DNA of 32,000 bases from Candidatus Hermodarchaeota archaeon (lineage in GTDB: Archaea > Asgardarchaeota > Heimdallarchaeia > Hodarchaeales > Hodarchaeaceae), in NCBI GenBank assembly GCA_048886185.1, contig JBHLKY010000001.1, positions 150,001-182,000 on the forward strand. The letters are read 5' to 3'. The translations under genes and the position numbers were made by a program. Positions within the stretch are counted from its first letter, which is position 1. Each line of letters opens with the position of its first letter. This document shows positions 9,379-18,857 of this stretch, in pieces. A model generated the notes under the pieces. The model had not been told where the DNA came from, searched no databases, and saw only the letters and a list, made by a program, of their open reading frames with translations.

Positions 9379-10248
9379 CTAAATATAATGTTTTGCCATA
9401 ATTAATTCTTGTTCAGTAAACTTGAATCCCCATCGTTTATACATTTCATTATGAAAATTACTTTTAGCAAAAGTCGTCAATAAAACTTTCTGAACTTGTT
9501 GTTTCTTGAACCACTGAAAAGCCTTAACGGTGAGACTGGTTGCGATGTGTTGTTTTCGATATTCTGGAAGAGTAGCAATTCGCGCATAATGTCCCTCGAT
9601 CCCATTCGCAGAAATAGAGTTTGAATTGTATCCTATTAGTTTATCATTCAAAAGGGCTATAAATAGGGAATTTGTTTTTGATTCGATTTCTTCTCTAAAC
9701 TCCTCTCTAGTTTTTCTCCAATAATCTGAAAAGCAGATCTTCTCCAACTTAACAAGAGCTCTGAGGTCATTTTTTGTAGCTGACTTGATTTTTACATTAG
9801 GATTTGGCTGATATGGAAAAAAAAGATCACTTTTTTCATAACAATTAATTTTGGTTATAATGTGGAACCTGTGTTTAATGAAAAAATCTTTTGTATTGAA
9901 AAATTTCTCGGGAATTCGTACAGAGAGATATCGCAGATTAGGTTGCCTTGTAAGAAACTCTTTCTCTAATAATTGTATAAGATCACTACCAATTTGACGT
10001 CGTTGAAAGCTTGGGAGAACATAAAGAGAAAAAATTCTTGCTTTATGTGAACTGTTTTGGTCTCCTATTATATAGCCAATAATTTTTGAGAATTGCACTG
10101 CTATTTTAACAAGATGGGAATTGAACATGATATATCTACGAAAGTTGGAATGTTCAACAGGATTATCAAAATCTCCAAATATCTGGATATACAATTCTTC
10201 AAAGGATTTGAGATATGTTTCATTAAGGGAATGAAGTTTTATATCCAT
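9379..10248 (-). CDS. Tandem-domain GNAT acetyltransferase (RimI-like)
   Basis: Two motif-A copies: LYVLPSFQRRQIGSDLI and IATLPEYRKQHIATSL; IKSATKNDL begins the second domain. Confidence 0.88.
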   Translation of the reverse strand: MDIKLHSLNETYLKSFEELYIQIFGDFDNPVEHSNFRRYIMFNSHLVKIAVQFSKIIGYIIGDQNSSHKARIFSLYVLPSFQRRQIGSDLIQLLEKEFLTRQPNLRYLSVRIPEKFFNTKDFFIKHRFHIITKINCYEKSDLFFPYQPNPNVKIKSATKNDLRALVKLEKICFSDYWRKTREEFREEIESKTNSLFIALLNDKLIGYNSNSISANGIEGHYARIATLPEYRKQHIATSLTVKAFQWFKKQQVQKVLLTTFAKSNFHNEMYKRWGFKFTEQELIMAKHYI

Positions 10249-10421
10249 TTACTTGTTCTTCCTAGATTGAATTCTGTAACTATGCAATCTTAAATCTATT
10301 AAGAGAAGTATTTAAGTATTTTAATTTGACCTGAGGATGGTTCTTTCTTTGAAGAAATATCTTGACAAACTTTTGTAAAAATTCTTTCGGCTCTTAATCT
10401 TGAACGCAAAAGTGACATAAT

Positions 10422-12722
10422 TTGAGAGATTCAAAGTGCTATACTGAAGAGGAAATTTTAGCAGCTTTAACAAATGCTGTTGATGAGGTTGAAGTCTACA
10501 CTAGGAAAATTGGCTTTGAAAAGTTTGAACAACCCCTTGGGTTCTTTTTTGCTCGGGTTTTGGATAATAAAATTACTCGATCTGAGAAAAGAGGAAAAGA
10601 ACTTAAAACAGCAATTATAAGAGGTGCTGCGTTCATTGTAGTAATTCAAATTCTGATATATACTGTGTTATTAAAAGAGGATTCTAAAAGCAGTTTAATT
10701 AATACAATACATGATTCTAAACATCTACAATCTTATTTTGATGAAATTGAAAACGAAAAGAATTTTGGAGCTATCTTTAATGCTAGGATTGTTGAATTAC
10801 TTCCTAAAGAATCAGCTGTGACTCTAAATCACGTTTTTCAATCATTTATCTCTTTTAATAAGTCGCAGTTCACTTCTGATATTCTTGGGAAAATTTTCCA
10901 TGGATTAATCCCCTTTGAGCTGAGGAAATTTCTTGCTGCATATTATACCTCAAACGTTGTTGGAGGATTTCTATCATATTTAGCAATAAAAAACGACCAA
11001 GTTAAAATCATGGATCCAGCTTGTGGTTCTGGGACTCTATTAGTGAGCGCTTATAAGCGAATCATAGAGATCAATAGAAATCTGGATCATAATCAAATTT
11101 TACGGAATATCTATGGAGTTGATGTTTCAGCATTTGCAGCTCAGCTTGCTGCAATTAATCTTGCGATTCAAAAACCTACTGATTCCTGGAACACTTGTAA
11201 TATTGCCATTCTTGACTTTTTTAGATTAGAAATCGGAGATAAGGTAGTAGGTTTTAAAGTCCCCAAATTTGATGTTTTTATTGGAAATCCCCCATTTACT
11301 CGTGGTGATCGATTAGATAGTGAGTATAAGGACTTCTTACAAAATCATCTTCTTCATAAAGGAATTTCCTTTGATTATAATAAAAAATATTTGGGTTTAT
11401 ATGCATATTTTCTTCTAGATTCTTTAAGATTCTTGAAAGCGGAAGGAATCCTTGCTTTTATTCTTCCTCTTTCATTAATTAACTCTTTCACAATGAAACC
11501 TGTTCTGAAGTTTTTGATGTCAAAATTTCTCTTTATTTACATTATTACATCAGAAGCTCAAATTACTTTTTCAGAGCAGTGCTCATTTAAAGAGATTCTC
11601 TTGATTGCCCAAAAAGGGAGAAAGAAGAGTTTTGGAACTAAATTCGTCACATTAAAAAAGGAATTAACAGATACTAATTATCGAAAAATAGCTGAAACAA
11701 TAGAAAAGACTACGAAAAATTATGAAGACACAAATATACGAATTAGAACTATTTCAACAAAGACTCTGAAAGAAACTCTAAAAATGAACTGGATTGTATA
11801 TTTTTACAATAGTAAATTCATCACCATTTTTGATCAGATAAGACGGTCCGATACGATTTCTCTAGTAAACGAAATAGTTGAAAATCCTCGGTATGATGTG
11901 GATCGGGGACTCCGTGCTGGAATTTCTGATTTCTTTTATCTCCCCAATAAATTCTGGAAAATTGTTGATACATCGAATAATGGGATTAAAATAAAGAATA
12001 TTAGAGACAGTTCTATTCTAAATCTGTCTTCTAAATATCTTGCACCTGTGTTAAGAAAATCTTCTCACTGTAGATGTGTTATTCCAGAATCTTCTGACTA
12101 TATTGTCGTAATTCCTGATAAAAATGAAAAGGAAAAAGATGTTGATAATTATATCAAGTGGGCTGTTCAGAAGTTCCAAAAAACAGGATTTGAATCACTA
12201 ACATTCAGGCATATCAGTCAAAAACGCAAAATTGCTAGAGTAGCAATCACTCATAAGCTTAGTCTTATAAGTAGTAAGATTATCACTTATTACTCCCCAA
12301 AGCCCATTGTTTTAACTGATAATTTTATCTTCATTAGAACTTTTAATAAAGAGAACGACAAAATTCTAGCTGCTTACTTGAATAGCTCAATATTTCTCTT
12401 AACTTATCTTATTCTACGTCGAGAGAAAAGTGGTGCTCTTGGCCAAATATTTGGTACTGATGTGAGGAATTTCTTTTGTTTGGATCCCCGAAAGGTGAGT
12501 TATTCTGACCGATTAGAGCTTATTAAGTTATTTGATCATTTTATTAAGGAATCAAGCTTTTTTCCCTCTTTTCGTGAACAGATTAACAAAGCGAAAGAGG
12601 AGAGGGATAACATTAGATTTCTACTGGATGAAAAGATCTGTGAGACACTTGGAATCAAAGATATTCCACTGTTCTTGAAACAACTTTATGAAACATTAAT
12701 TGAGGAATTGAAGAAGTTTTAA
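10422..12722 (+). CDS. N-6 adenine DNA methyltransferase, gamma-type with C-terminal target-recognition region; no nuclease domain seen
   Basis: AYYT (aa 173-176), motif I MDPACGSGTLL, YGVDV, motif IV IGNPPF, GILAFILP; TTG start. Confidence 0.9.
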   Translation: MRDSKCYTEEEILAALTNAVDEVEVYTRKIGFEKFEQPLGFFFARVLDNKITRSEKRGKELKTAIIRGAAFIVVIQILIYTVLLKEDSKSSLINTIHDSKHLQSYFDEIENEKNFGAIFNARIVELLPKESAVTLNHVFQSFISFNKSQFTSDILGKIFHGLIPFELRKFLAAYYTSNVVGGFLSYLAIKNDQVKIMDPACGSGTLLVSAYKRIIEINRNLDHNQILRNIYGVDVSAFAAQLAAINLAIQKPTDSWNTCNIAILDFFRLEIGDKVVGFKVPKFDVFIGNPPFTRGDRLDSEYKDFLQNHLLHKGISFDYNKKYLGLYAYFLLDSLRFLKAEGILAFILPLSLINSFTMKPVLKFLMSKFLFIYIITSEAQITFSEQCSFKEILLIAQKGRKKSFGTKFVTLKKELTDTNYRKIAETIEKTTKNYEDTNIRIRTISTKTLKETLKMNWIVYFYNSKFITIFDQIRRSDTISLVNEIVENPRYDVDRGLRAGISDFFYLPNKFWKIVDTSNNGIKIKNIRDSSILNLSSKYLAPVLRKSSHCRCVIPESSDYIVVIPDKNEKEKDVDNYIKWAVQKFQKTGFESLTFRHISQKRKIARVAITHKLSLISSKIITYYSPKPIVLTDNFIFIRTFNKENDKILAAYLNSSIFLLTYLILRREKSGALGQIFGTDVRNFFCLDPRKVSYSDRLELIKLFDHFIKESSFFPSFREQINKAKEERDNIRFLLDEKICETLGIKDIPLFLKQLYETLIEELKKF

Positions 12723-12757
12723 TGATTATTTTCGATCCAAACTAGGATGGACTCTGA

Positions 12758-14878
12758 GTGACAATAGAAGAAAGGTTTCCCATTACTATTATTCAACAAC
12801 TGGCAAAAATAGAGTCTCAGCGACGGCAATTTTACCGACCGATATATTCTATCCATAAATCCTGGGCCAGAAGACCAGGGACAACAATACGTGCAATAGG
12901 TCTTTCTCATTTCTATCAAGATACTCTCTTTAATTCTAATCATATAGAAGAAGGAGGATTTTACCAAAATCATTATTTCCAAGGGAAAATTGCTCTCGAT
13001 CCCTTCTGTGGTGGAGGAACGAGTATAGTTGAGCTTCATCGTCTTGGAATAAAAACAATTGGGATTGATGTAAATCCAATAGCTTGGTTCACTACAAAAA
13101 AGGAATTGGATTCATTTAATGAAGCCACTTTTAACCAAGAAGTTAAAAAAATCTTTCAAAGCGTTGGCCAACGAATTAAATCTTATTATAAAACAATATG
13201 TCCAAGCTGTCACTATTCTGATGCTGATATTATGTATATATTTTGGGTAAGAACCATTCAATGTCCTTCGTGCAACTCCGAGGAAGATCTATTCAAGTAT
13301 TATATTATTGGTAAGAAGCAACGGAAACATAAAGCAACAATGGTGATATGTCCTTCTTGTGATCATTTATTTTATACATGGAAGAAGGTTAAAGAAATAT
13401 CATCTTGTCCAGAATGTCAACATGAGTTTATTCCGATACAAGGGAATTGTCGCTTGAAAAAATTCACCTGTACTCATTGTCAGAAAGAATCTAGACTTGT
13501 TGAGATACTCCAACAACCTACAAATTCTTTTTCTGCAAGACAAATAGCAATAGAATTCTTTTGTCCCGAATGTCGAACACGTGATTATAAACCAGTAAAT
13601 AAAGAAGATAGAAATCTTTTTACACAAGTACAAGAAGAATTCATGATAAAAAAGGATGAACTCTTATATCCACATGAATTATTACCAATTGAAGGGGATA
13701 ATATATCAAACCTTAGAAATTATGGTTTTCAACGATTTTCAGATCTGTTCAATGAAAGACAGCTACTAAGTTTGAGTCTCCTCATACAAGCAATATCAAA
13801 AGTTGCAGATCAGAATATTAGAGAATTTCTCTTGTCTGCATTTTCTAGTTGTTTAGAATTTCATACTGTAATCTGTCCTTATAATTATACAATGAAACAG
13901 ATTGTAAATGTGTTTAACTATCAATCTTTTCTTGTACCAACCATGTATGTAGAAAATAATGTTTGGGGGACGAAAAAAGGGAATGGAACTTTCATTACTT
14001 ACCTCGAGAGGATAAAAAAAGCCAAAAAATATTGCAGATCACCTTTTGAAATAGCTTTTCAGAATAACCAGATTATACGAATCTCTGTACCAGGAGATAA
14101 TATCGAAGCCAAGTCCGTTAAGACCTTTCAGGAACTTCAAGCAAGTTCTAGAGCTGAAACTTTACTTATTAATGATTCCTCTGAAAACCTTCAGAGATTG
14201 GGTATTCCTAAGGCTTCTGTCGACATAATAGTGACTGATCCTCCTTATTTTGACTATATTCAGTACTCTGAATTGGCTAATTTTTTCTATGTCTGGTTGA
14301 GAATAGTTTTGAGACCTTTATACTCAGAATTTCATTCTAATTTAATCAATACTGAATATGAAATTGGTAGATTAAAACAAGAGAACCATTTCCTTGAGGG
14401 AATAACTAAAGTATTTCAAGAATGTTATAGGGTTTTAAAGCCAGAAGGTCCGATGATTTTTACATTTCATCATTCTAGTGAAACAGCATGGGCAATGATA
14501 TTAGAGGCTTTAGCCAAAAGCCAATTCCTAATAACTGCTACATTTCCTGTTCGAAGTGAATTTGGTGCTCGTCCTGTTAAAGGACAAAACTTTGATTTTA
14601 TCATTATATGCAGAAAATATTCAAAAGTAAACCTCGCCATGAATCATATAAGTCGAACAGTATTAGAGTCAGAGATAAAAAGAAGTTTAGATGATTTTTC
14701 AGTTGTTTCTCCTCGAGAACCTGATCTTACTCCGTGGGGGGTTGCATTTGCGTCTATTCTCCCTATGATATCAAAATTCTCTACATTAAATCAATCTGTA
14801 GATATTGAAGAAATCATATTACACACCTTTACCCTCCTCAAAAACCTTAAAATTCAATATAATTCTAAAACACCTTAA
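12758..14878 (+). CDS. Zinc-ribbon-containing adenine DNA methyltransferase (DUF1156/COG1743-like), copy A
   Basis: IHKSWARRP, motif I DPFCGGGT, six CxxC pairs, motif IV TDPPYFD, FTFHH. Confidence 0.9.
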   Translation: MTIEERFPITIIQQLAKIESQRRQFYRPIYSIHKSWARRPGTTIRAIGLSHFYQDTLFNSNHIEEGGFYQNHYFQGKIALDPFCGGGTSIVELHRLGIKTIGIDVNPIAWFTTKKELDSFNEATFNQEVKKIFQSVGQRIKSYYKTICPSCHYSDADIMYIFWVRTIQCPSCNSEEDLFKYYIIGKKQRKHKATMVICPSCDHLFYTWKKVKEISSCPECQHEFIPIQGNCRLKKFTCTHCQKESRLVEILQQPTNSFSARQIAIEFFCPECRTRDYKPVNKEDRNLFTQVQEEFMIKKDELLYPHELLPIEGDNISNLRNYGFQRFSDLFNERQLLSLSLLIQAISKVADQNIREFLLSAFSSCLEFHTVICPYNYTMKQIVNVFNYQSFLVPTMYVENNVWGTKKGNGTFITYLERIKKAKKYCRSPFEIAFQNNQIIRISVPGDNIEAKSVKTFQELQASSRAETLLINDSSENLQRLGIPKASVDIIVTDPPYFDYIQYSELANFFYVWLRIVLRPLYSEFHSNLINTEYEIGRLKQENHFLEGITKVFQECYRVLKPEGPMIFTFHHSSETAWAMILEALAKSQFLITATFPVRSEFGARPVKGQNFDFIIICRKYSKVNLAMNHISRTVLESEIKRSLDDFSVVSPREPDLTPWGVAFASILPMISKFSTLNQSVDIEEIILHTFTLLKNLKIQYNSKTP

Positions 14879-14936
14879 TAATCCTAATGACAAGTTTTTA
14901 AACAAAACAAACAATTTACAAATAGAAGTGAGCTTG

Positions 14937-15590
14937 ATGACTGGAGAATACTTTGGGCAATTATTAAAGGATAAGGACATTCATAAAAAAGGAACAGAGT
15001 TATTTGTTAAGCTTGTTGAATCACTAGAAGAAGCTTATGATAAATTCGAAAAAGCATTGAAAGCATGGCGAGGAGGTGACTTTGAACGAGGTTTCATGTT
15101 ACGTGATGAGGTAATTCAACTGGAGAGAGATGCAGACAAAGTAAAGGATATTTTTTTTGAAACAATTTTCAAAAAAAAGGCATATCTCCCTCAGATAACA
15201 GAGGAGCGTTATAACATGATGTTGAATGCTGATCGCTTATTGGATCGGATCGAAAGAGCAGTTAGAATCGTTTGTGTGAAAAAAATTGATGCTAGTTATT
15301 TCCCTCCAGAACTCGATCGGATAATAGATTTAACTGAAGATGTTATTGAAGATTTCGTAGAAGCCAATAAACTATTTTTCAGTGACTTTGAAAAGGCATC
15401 AAAGCTCGCACGTAAGGTAGAGGAGAAGAGGGATGAAGTACGTGATCTTTTTTACATTATTTCAGAAAAAATAGTTAATGACGAACTCCCACGAGGTACA
15501 AGTAGAATACTAGATGCTACTACTCGTATTAGCGTCGAAGCAGAGCAAGGTTCAGATTATTTAAAAGTTCTTATAGCTAAACATAGTTAA
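14937..15590 (+). CDS. DUF47 / PhoU-like phosphate-transport regulator
   Basis: Helical protein with VIQLERDADKVK and KVEEKRDEVR repeats, directly upstream of a PiT gene. Start moved from 14805 to the in-frame ATG at 14937 (GAAGTGAG upstream; avoids overlap with the MTase). Confidence 0.85.
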   Translation: MTGEYFGQLLKDKDIHKKGTELFVKLVESLEEAYDKFEKALKAWRGGDFERGFMLRDEVIQLERDADKVKDIFFETIFKKKAYLPQITEERYNMMLNADRLLDRIERAVRIVCVKKIDASYFPPELDRIIDLTEDVIEDFVEANKLFFSDFEKASKLARKVEEKRDEVRDLFYIISEKIVNDELPRGTSRILDATTRISVEAEQGSDYLKVLIAKHS

Positions 15591-15610
15591 TCGATAGAAG
15601 GTGTAATACC

Positions 15611-16654
15611 TTGACCGCACTGATTATTATAGGTGCCGCTCTTCTTCTTGGTTTCGTTGTCGCATTCACCATTGGAGCCAACGATGAAACAATGACTCCA
15701 GCAGTAGGTGCTGGTTTACTCTCGTTGAATATTGCTGTCCTAATTGGTGGTCTATTTAATTTCATTGGTGTATTCTTTCTAGGAGAATCTGTTTCCAAGA
15801 CTGTTGGTAATAAATTCACTACTCCCAATTATAGTCTTTCTCTAACAATGGTGTTTGTAGTACTTCTCTCAATGGCACTTTGGCTATTCATCGTATCCTT
15901 GAAAGGAGTTCCTATCAGTACAACACAATCTGTTGTTGGGAGCGTTATAGGGGTTACCATCCTTGAATGGGGATTAATAGCTTTAAATTATGATACTCTC
16001 TTTTGGGTTCTACTCAGTTGGGTTGTCAGTCCTCTTATCGGGCTTGCTGGAGGTTATGCTTTTTACTCATTAATCATGAAAATCCGACAATCAGTTAAAA
16101 CACAGGGTTACGCAGATTATGAGAGACAAGAAAAGATAGCTTTTTATGCTTTGGCTGTTTTTTTACTCATTTCAGTATTTTCTCGAAGTGGAAATGATGT
16201 TGCTAAAGCTATTGGTCCCCTAATGGCGATTGAAGATTTTGTAGTGGAATTATATATGATCGGACCAGTTCCTATTAGTGGACTATACTTAGCACTAATC
16301 GCAGGTGGTTCAGGAATGTGCCTAGGGGTAATTATCCTTGGGCGAAGAGTTGTAAAGAAACTAGCCAGCGATATTGTAGCTTTATCTCCTACATCTGCGT
16401 TAGCGGCCAGTATTTCTGTCAGTTTAATCATGTTCTTTGGTACATTATTAGCAATTCCATTATCGGGATCTCATATTTTAGTTGCAGCCTTTATTGGAGT
16501 TGGTTTCGTAAATAAAGAGAAAGTGGATAAAGAAAATCTCAAAGAAATTGGAATAAGTTGGTTAATTACAACACCTATATCTGCGATCTTTTCTGCTATA
16601 ATTTATGTGGTCTTCAACTTACTAGGGGAATTTTTTGTTGCACTTTATGGATAA
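15611..16654 (+). CDS. PiT-family inorganic phosphate transporter
   Basis: Multi-TM protein with the duplicated signatures GANDET..PAVG and GNDVAKAIGP, plus PISTTQSVVG and PLSGSH. Confidence 0.93.
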   Translation: MTALIIIGAALLLGFVVAFTIGANDETMTPAVGAGLLSLNIAVLIGGLFNFIGVFFLGESVSKTVGNKFTTPNYSLSLTMVFVVLLSMALWLFIVSLKGVPISTTQSVVGSVIGVTILEWGLIALNYDTLFWVLLSWVVSPLIGLAGGYAFYSLIMKIRQSVKTQGYADYERQEKIAFYALAVFLLISVFSRSGNDVAKAIGPLMAIEDFVVELYMIGPVPISGLYLALIAGGSGMCLGVIILGRRVVKKLASDIVALSPTSALAASISVSLIMFFGTLLAIPLSGSHILVAAFIGVGFVNKEKVDKENLKEIGISWLITTPISAIFSAIIYVVFNLLGEFFVALYG

Positions 16655-16679
16655 TTATACCTCTTGATGGAATAAACAT

Positions 16680-18857
16680 ATGAAACAGAAGATTCAAAGA
16701 TCAGAAAAAGTAATCGAGAATTATTTTCCATTCTCAAAGGTCAATGAAATTGCCTACAGAGAGAGTAATGCGAAGAGGTACTATCGTCCTGTTCTAACTC
16801 TGCATAAGTGGTTTGCTCGCCGATTAGGTTCTGTTTTTAGATCTATTCTCATCTATTCTTCACTTTCCTCAGTAAAAAACGATGTTAAAGCTGTCAATGC
16901 TTCGTACGAAGACAATATCCTGGCATTGGAACATGATTTTTGGAATCTGTATTTACAAGAACATAATTTTGAAGATATTATTGTTATAGATCCTTTTATG
17001 GGAGGGGGGACAACAATTATTGAAGCCATTCGTTTAGGCTTTGGTGGGATTATAGGTGGTGATTTGAATCCTGTCGCTTGGTTTGCAGTAAAAAAAGAGC
17101 TAGAAGAAGTTAATATTAATAGTTTAAAGGTAGAATTTGAGAAATTATCATCCAAACTTAAACATGAGCTTTCTATATATTATAAAACACAATGTGGTCA
17201 TTGTTCGAATCATGCGGATGTAATGTACTTTTTCTGGGTAAAAGAGATTCAATGTGAGCATTGTTCAACAACTACTCCCCTTTTCCGAAGTTATTTGTTT
17301 GCTTATGATCGTAAGGATCCTTCATCAGGTCATTTTATTTGTCCTAAATGTCAAACCATTTTTCACGGAATTTTTAAAGAGGATCTTTACTGTCCTGAAT
17401 GTAGCTGGATCTTTGATCCATTTTCTTTTGTTGTTAAACGCGGAAAAATTTTTTGTCCCAGCTGTGAACATACAGCTAAAATTGTAGATGTTTGTGCAAA
17501 ACAGGGAAAGTCCCAGGAAAGATTATATGCTATAGAATATTATTGTTCTTATTGTAATACACGTGATTACAAAAGAGCTGATATAAATGACCTTGACCTC
17601 TATCAACAAGCATCTCATGAATTTAAGATGATTCAGAAGTTATTACCACTTCCTAACCAAGCTATCCCTATGGGAGCTAAAACCCAGGAATTATTAAATC
17701 ATCAAATTCTCTTTTTTACCGATATGTTCAATATGCGTCAACTACTTTCTTTAGGAAAATTATTGAGGGAAATTCTGGAAATTCAAGATCAAAATATAAA
17801 GGAATTCTTTCTTATAACATTTTCAACAGCTTTGGAATATAATAATCTTCTGTGTGAATATCATAGAAAGAACCATTACATCTACAATTTATTTCGAAAA
17901 CATGCCTTTCCTGCCACATTGAACCCTGTTGAAAATAATGTATTTGGTACAGCAAAATTCGGTACAGGAACTTTCAAAAACTTCTTTTCGAAGACCATTC
18001 GAATTAAACAATTTTGTAGGAATCCGTACGAATACTATATTACTGAGGAAGGGAATACTAACCGCCAATCTATGAAACGTTCAATTAAAGGGAGAGTAGT
18101 GTCTTCATATTCCAAGCTCATGCAAGATCCTACAGAAAATATTTATCTCTATTGCCATTCTTCTGACCAAATTCAGGTTCCAGATAATAGTGTGAACTTA
18201 GTAGTAACAGATCCTCCCTATTACGATAATGTTCAGTATTCTGAGTTATCAGATTTTTATTACGTTTGGTTGAGATTAGGACTTAAGGATCATTATCCCT
18301 GGTTTAGTTCAACATTAACTCCCAAAAAAGAAGAGATTGTAAAAAATATAAAAATTGGAAAAAAAAGTAGTGATTATCAACAGGGCTTAAAAGAAGTATT
18401 TTCAGAGATTTCCAGAGTCTTGAAAACTGATGGTTTGTTAATATTTTCATTTCATCACAAAGAATTACAGGCTTGGACTTCAATAATACAGAGTTTATTG
18501 GATATTAATTTCTACATCACAGCAGTTTATCCTGTGCGTGGTGAAATGGAGACCAGTACACAGATTCGAGGTAAAAAAAGTATTGAATTTGACGTCATCT
18601 TTGTCTGCAAGAAACGTTTGGGATATTCTCACAAAAACATGTGGGAAAGACTTCTTCCTAAGATTAAGAAGAGTATAAAGGACAAAATAACCCTTCTGAG
18701 TAATACTGGTGACTTTCTTTCAAAGGAAGATCAATTTGTAGTTCAACTTGGTGTTGGATTAAAGTATTTCACAAAATACTATCCTAATATTACCTTTAAT
18801 TCAAAATCTTTGGCTTTAAAGGAAGCTTTAGAAAATCTCGCATCGCTCACTTATTGA
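16680..18857 (+). CDS. Zinc-ribbon-containing adenine DNA methyltransferase (DUF1156/COG1743-like), copy B
   Basis: LHKWFARRL, motif I DPFMGGGT, six CxxC pairs, motif IV TDPPYYD, FSFHH; collinear with copy A. Confidence 0.9.
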   Translation: MKQKIQRSEKVIENYFPFSKVNEIAYRESNAKRYYRPVLTLHKWFARRLGSVFRSILIYSSLSSVKNDVKAVNASYEDNILALEHDFWNLYLQEHNFEDIIVIDPFMGGGTTIIEAIRLGFGGIIGGDLNPVAWFAVKKELEEVNINSLKVEFEKLSSKLKHELSIYYKTQCGHCSNHADVMYFFWVKEIQCEHCSTTTPLFRSYLFAYDRKDPSSGHFICPKCQTIFHGIFKEDLYCPECSWIFDPFSFVVKRGKIFCPSCEHTAKIVDVCAKQGKSQERLYAIEYYCSYCNTRDYKRADINDLDLYQQASHEFKMIQKLLPLPNQAIPMGAKTQELLNHQILFFTDMFNMRQLLSLGKLLREILEIQDQNIKEFFLITFSTALEYNNLLCEYHRKNHYIYNLFRKHAFPATLNPVENNVFGTAKFGTGTFKNFFSKTIRIKQFCRNPYEYYITEEGNTNRQSMKRSIKGRVVSSYSKLMQDPTENIYLYCHSSDQIQVPDNSVNLVVTDPPYYDNVQYSELSDFYYVWLRLGLKDHYPWFSSTLTPKKEEIVKNIKIGKKSSDYQQGLKEVFSEISRVLKTDGLLIFSFHHKELQAWTSIIQSLLDINFYITAVYPVRGEMETSTQIRGKKSIEFDVIFVCKKRLGYSHKNMWERLLPKIKKSIKDKITLLSNTGDFLSKEDQFVVQLGVGLKYFTKYYPNITFNSKSLALKEALENLASLTY

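Noticed and set aside
10303-10318. BRE/TATA-like GAGAAGTATTTAAGTA upstream of the MTase run
   Set aside because: Such words are common at this AT content and it lies about 100 nt from the start; unsupported without TSS data.
14879-16679. DUF47-PiT as a mobile insertion, or a link to DNA phosphorothioation
   Set aside because: No target-site duplication, inverted repeats or recombinase seen, and no dnd/ssp genes in the window.
10093-17487. Short track ORFs at 10093, 10467, 12719, 13400, 15577, 16144, 16318, 16853 and 17254, and the 14805 start of DUF47
   Set aside because: Shadow ORFs inside motif-supported genes; 14805 would overlap the MTase by 74 nt while ATG 14937 has an SD-like signal.
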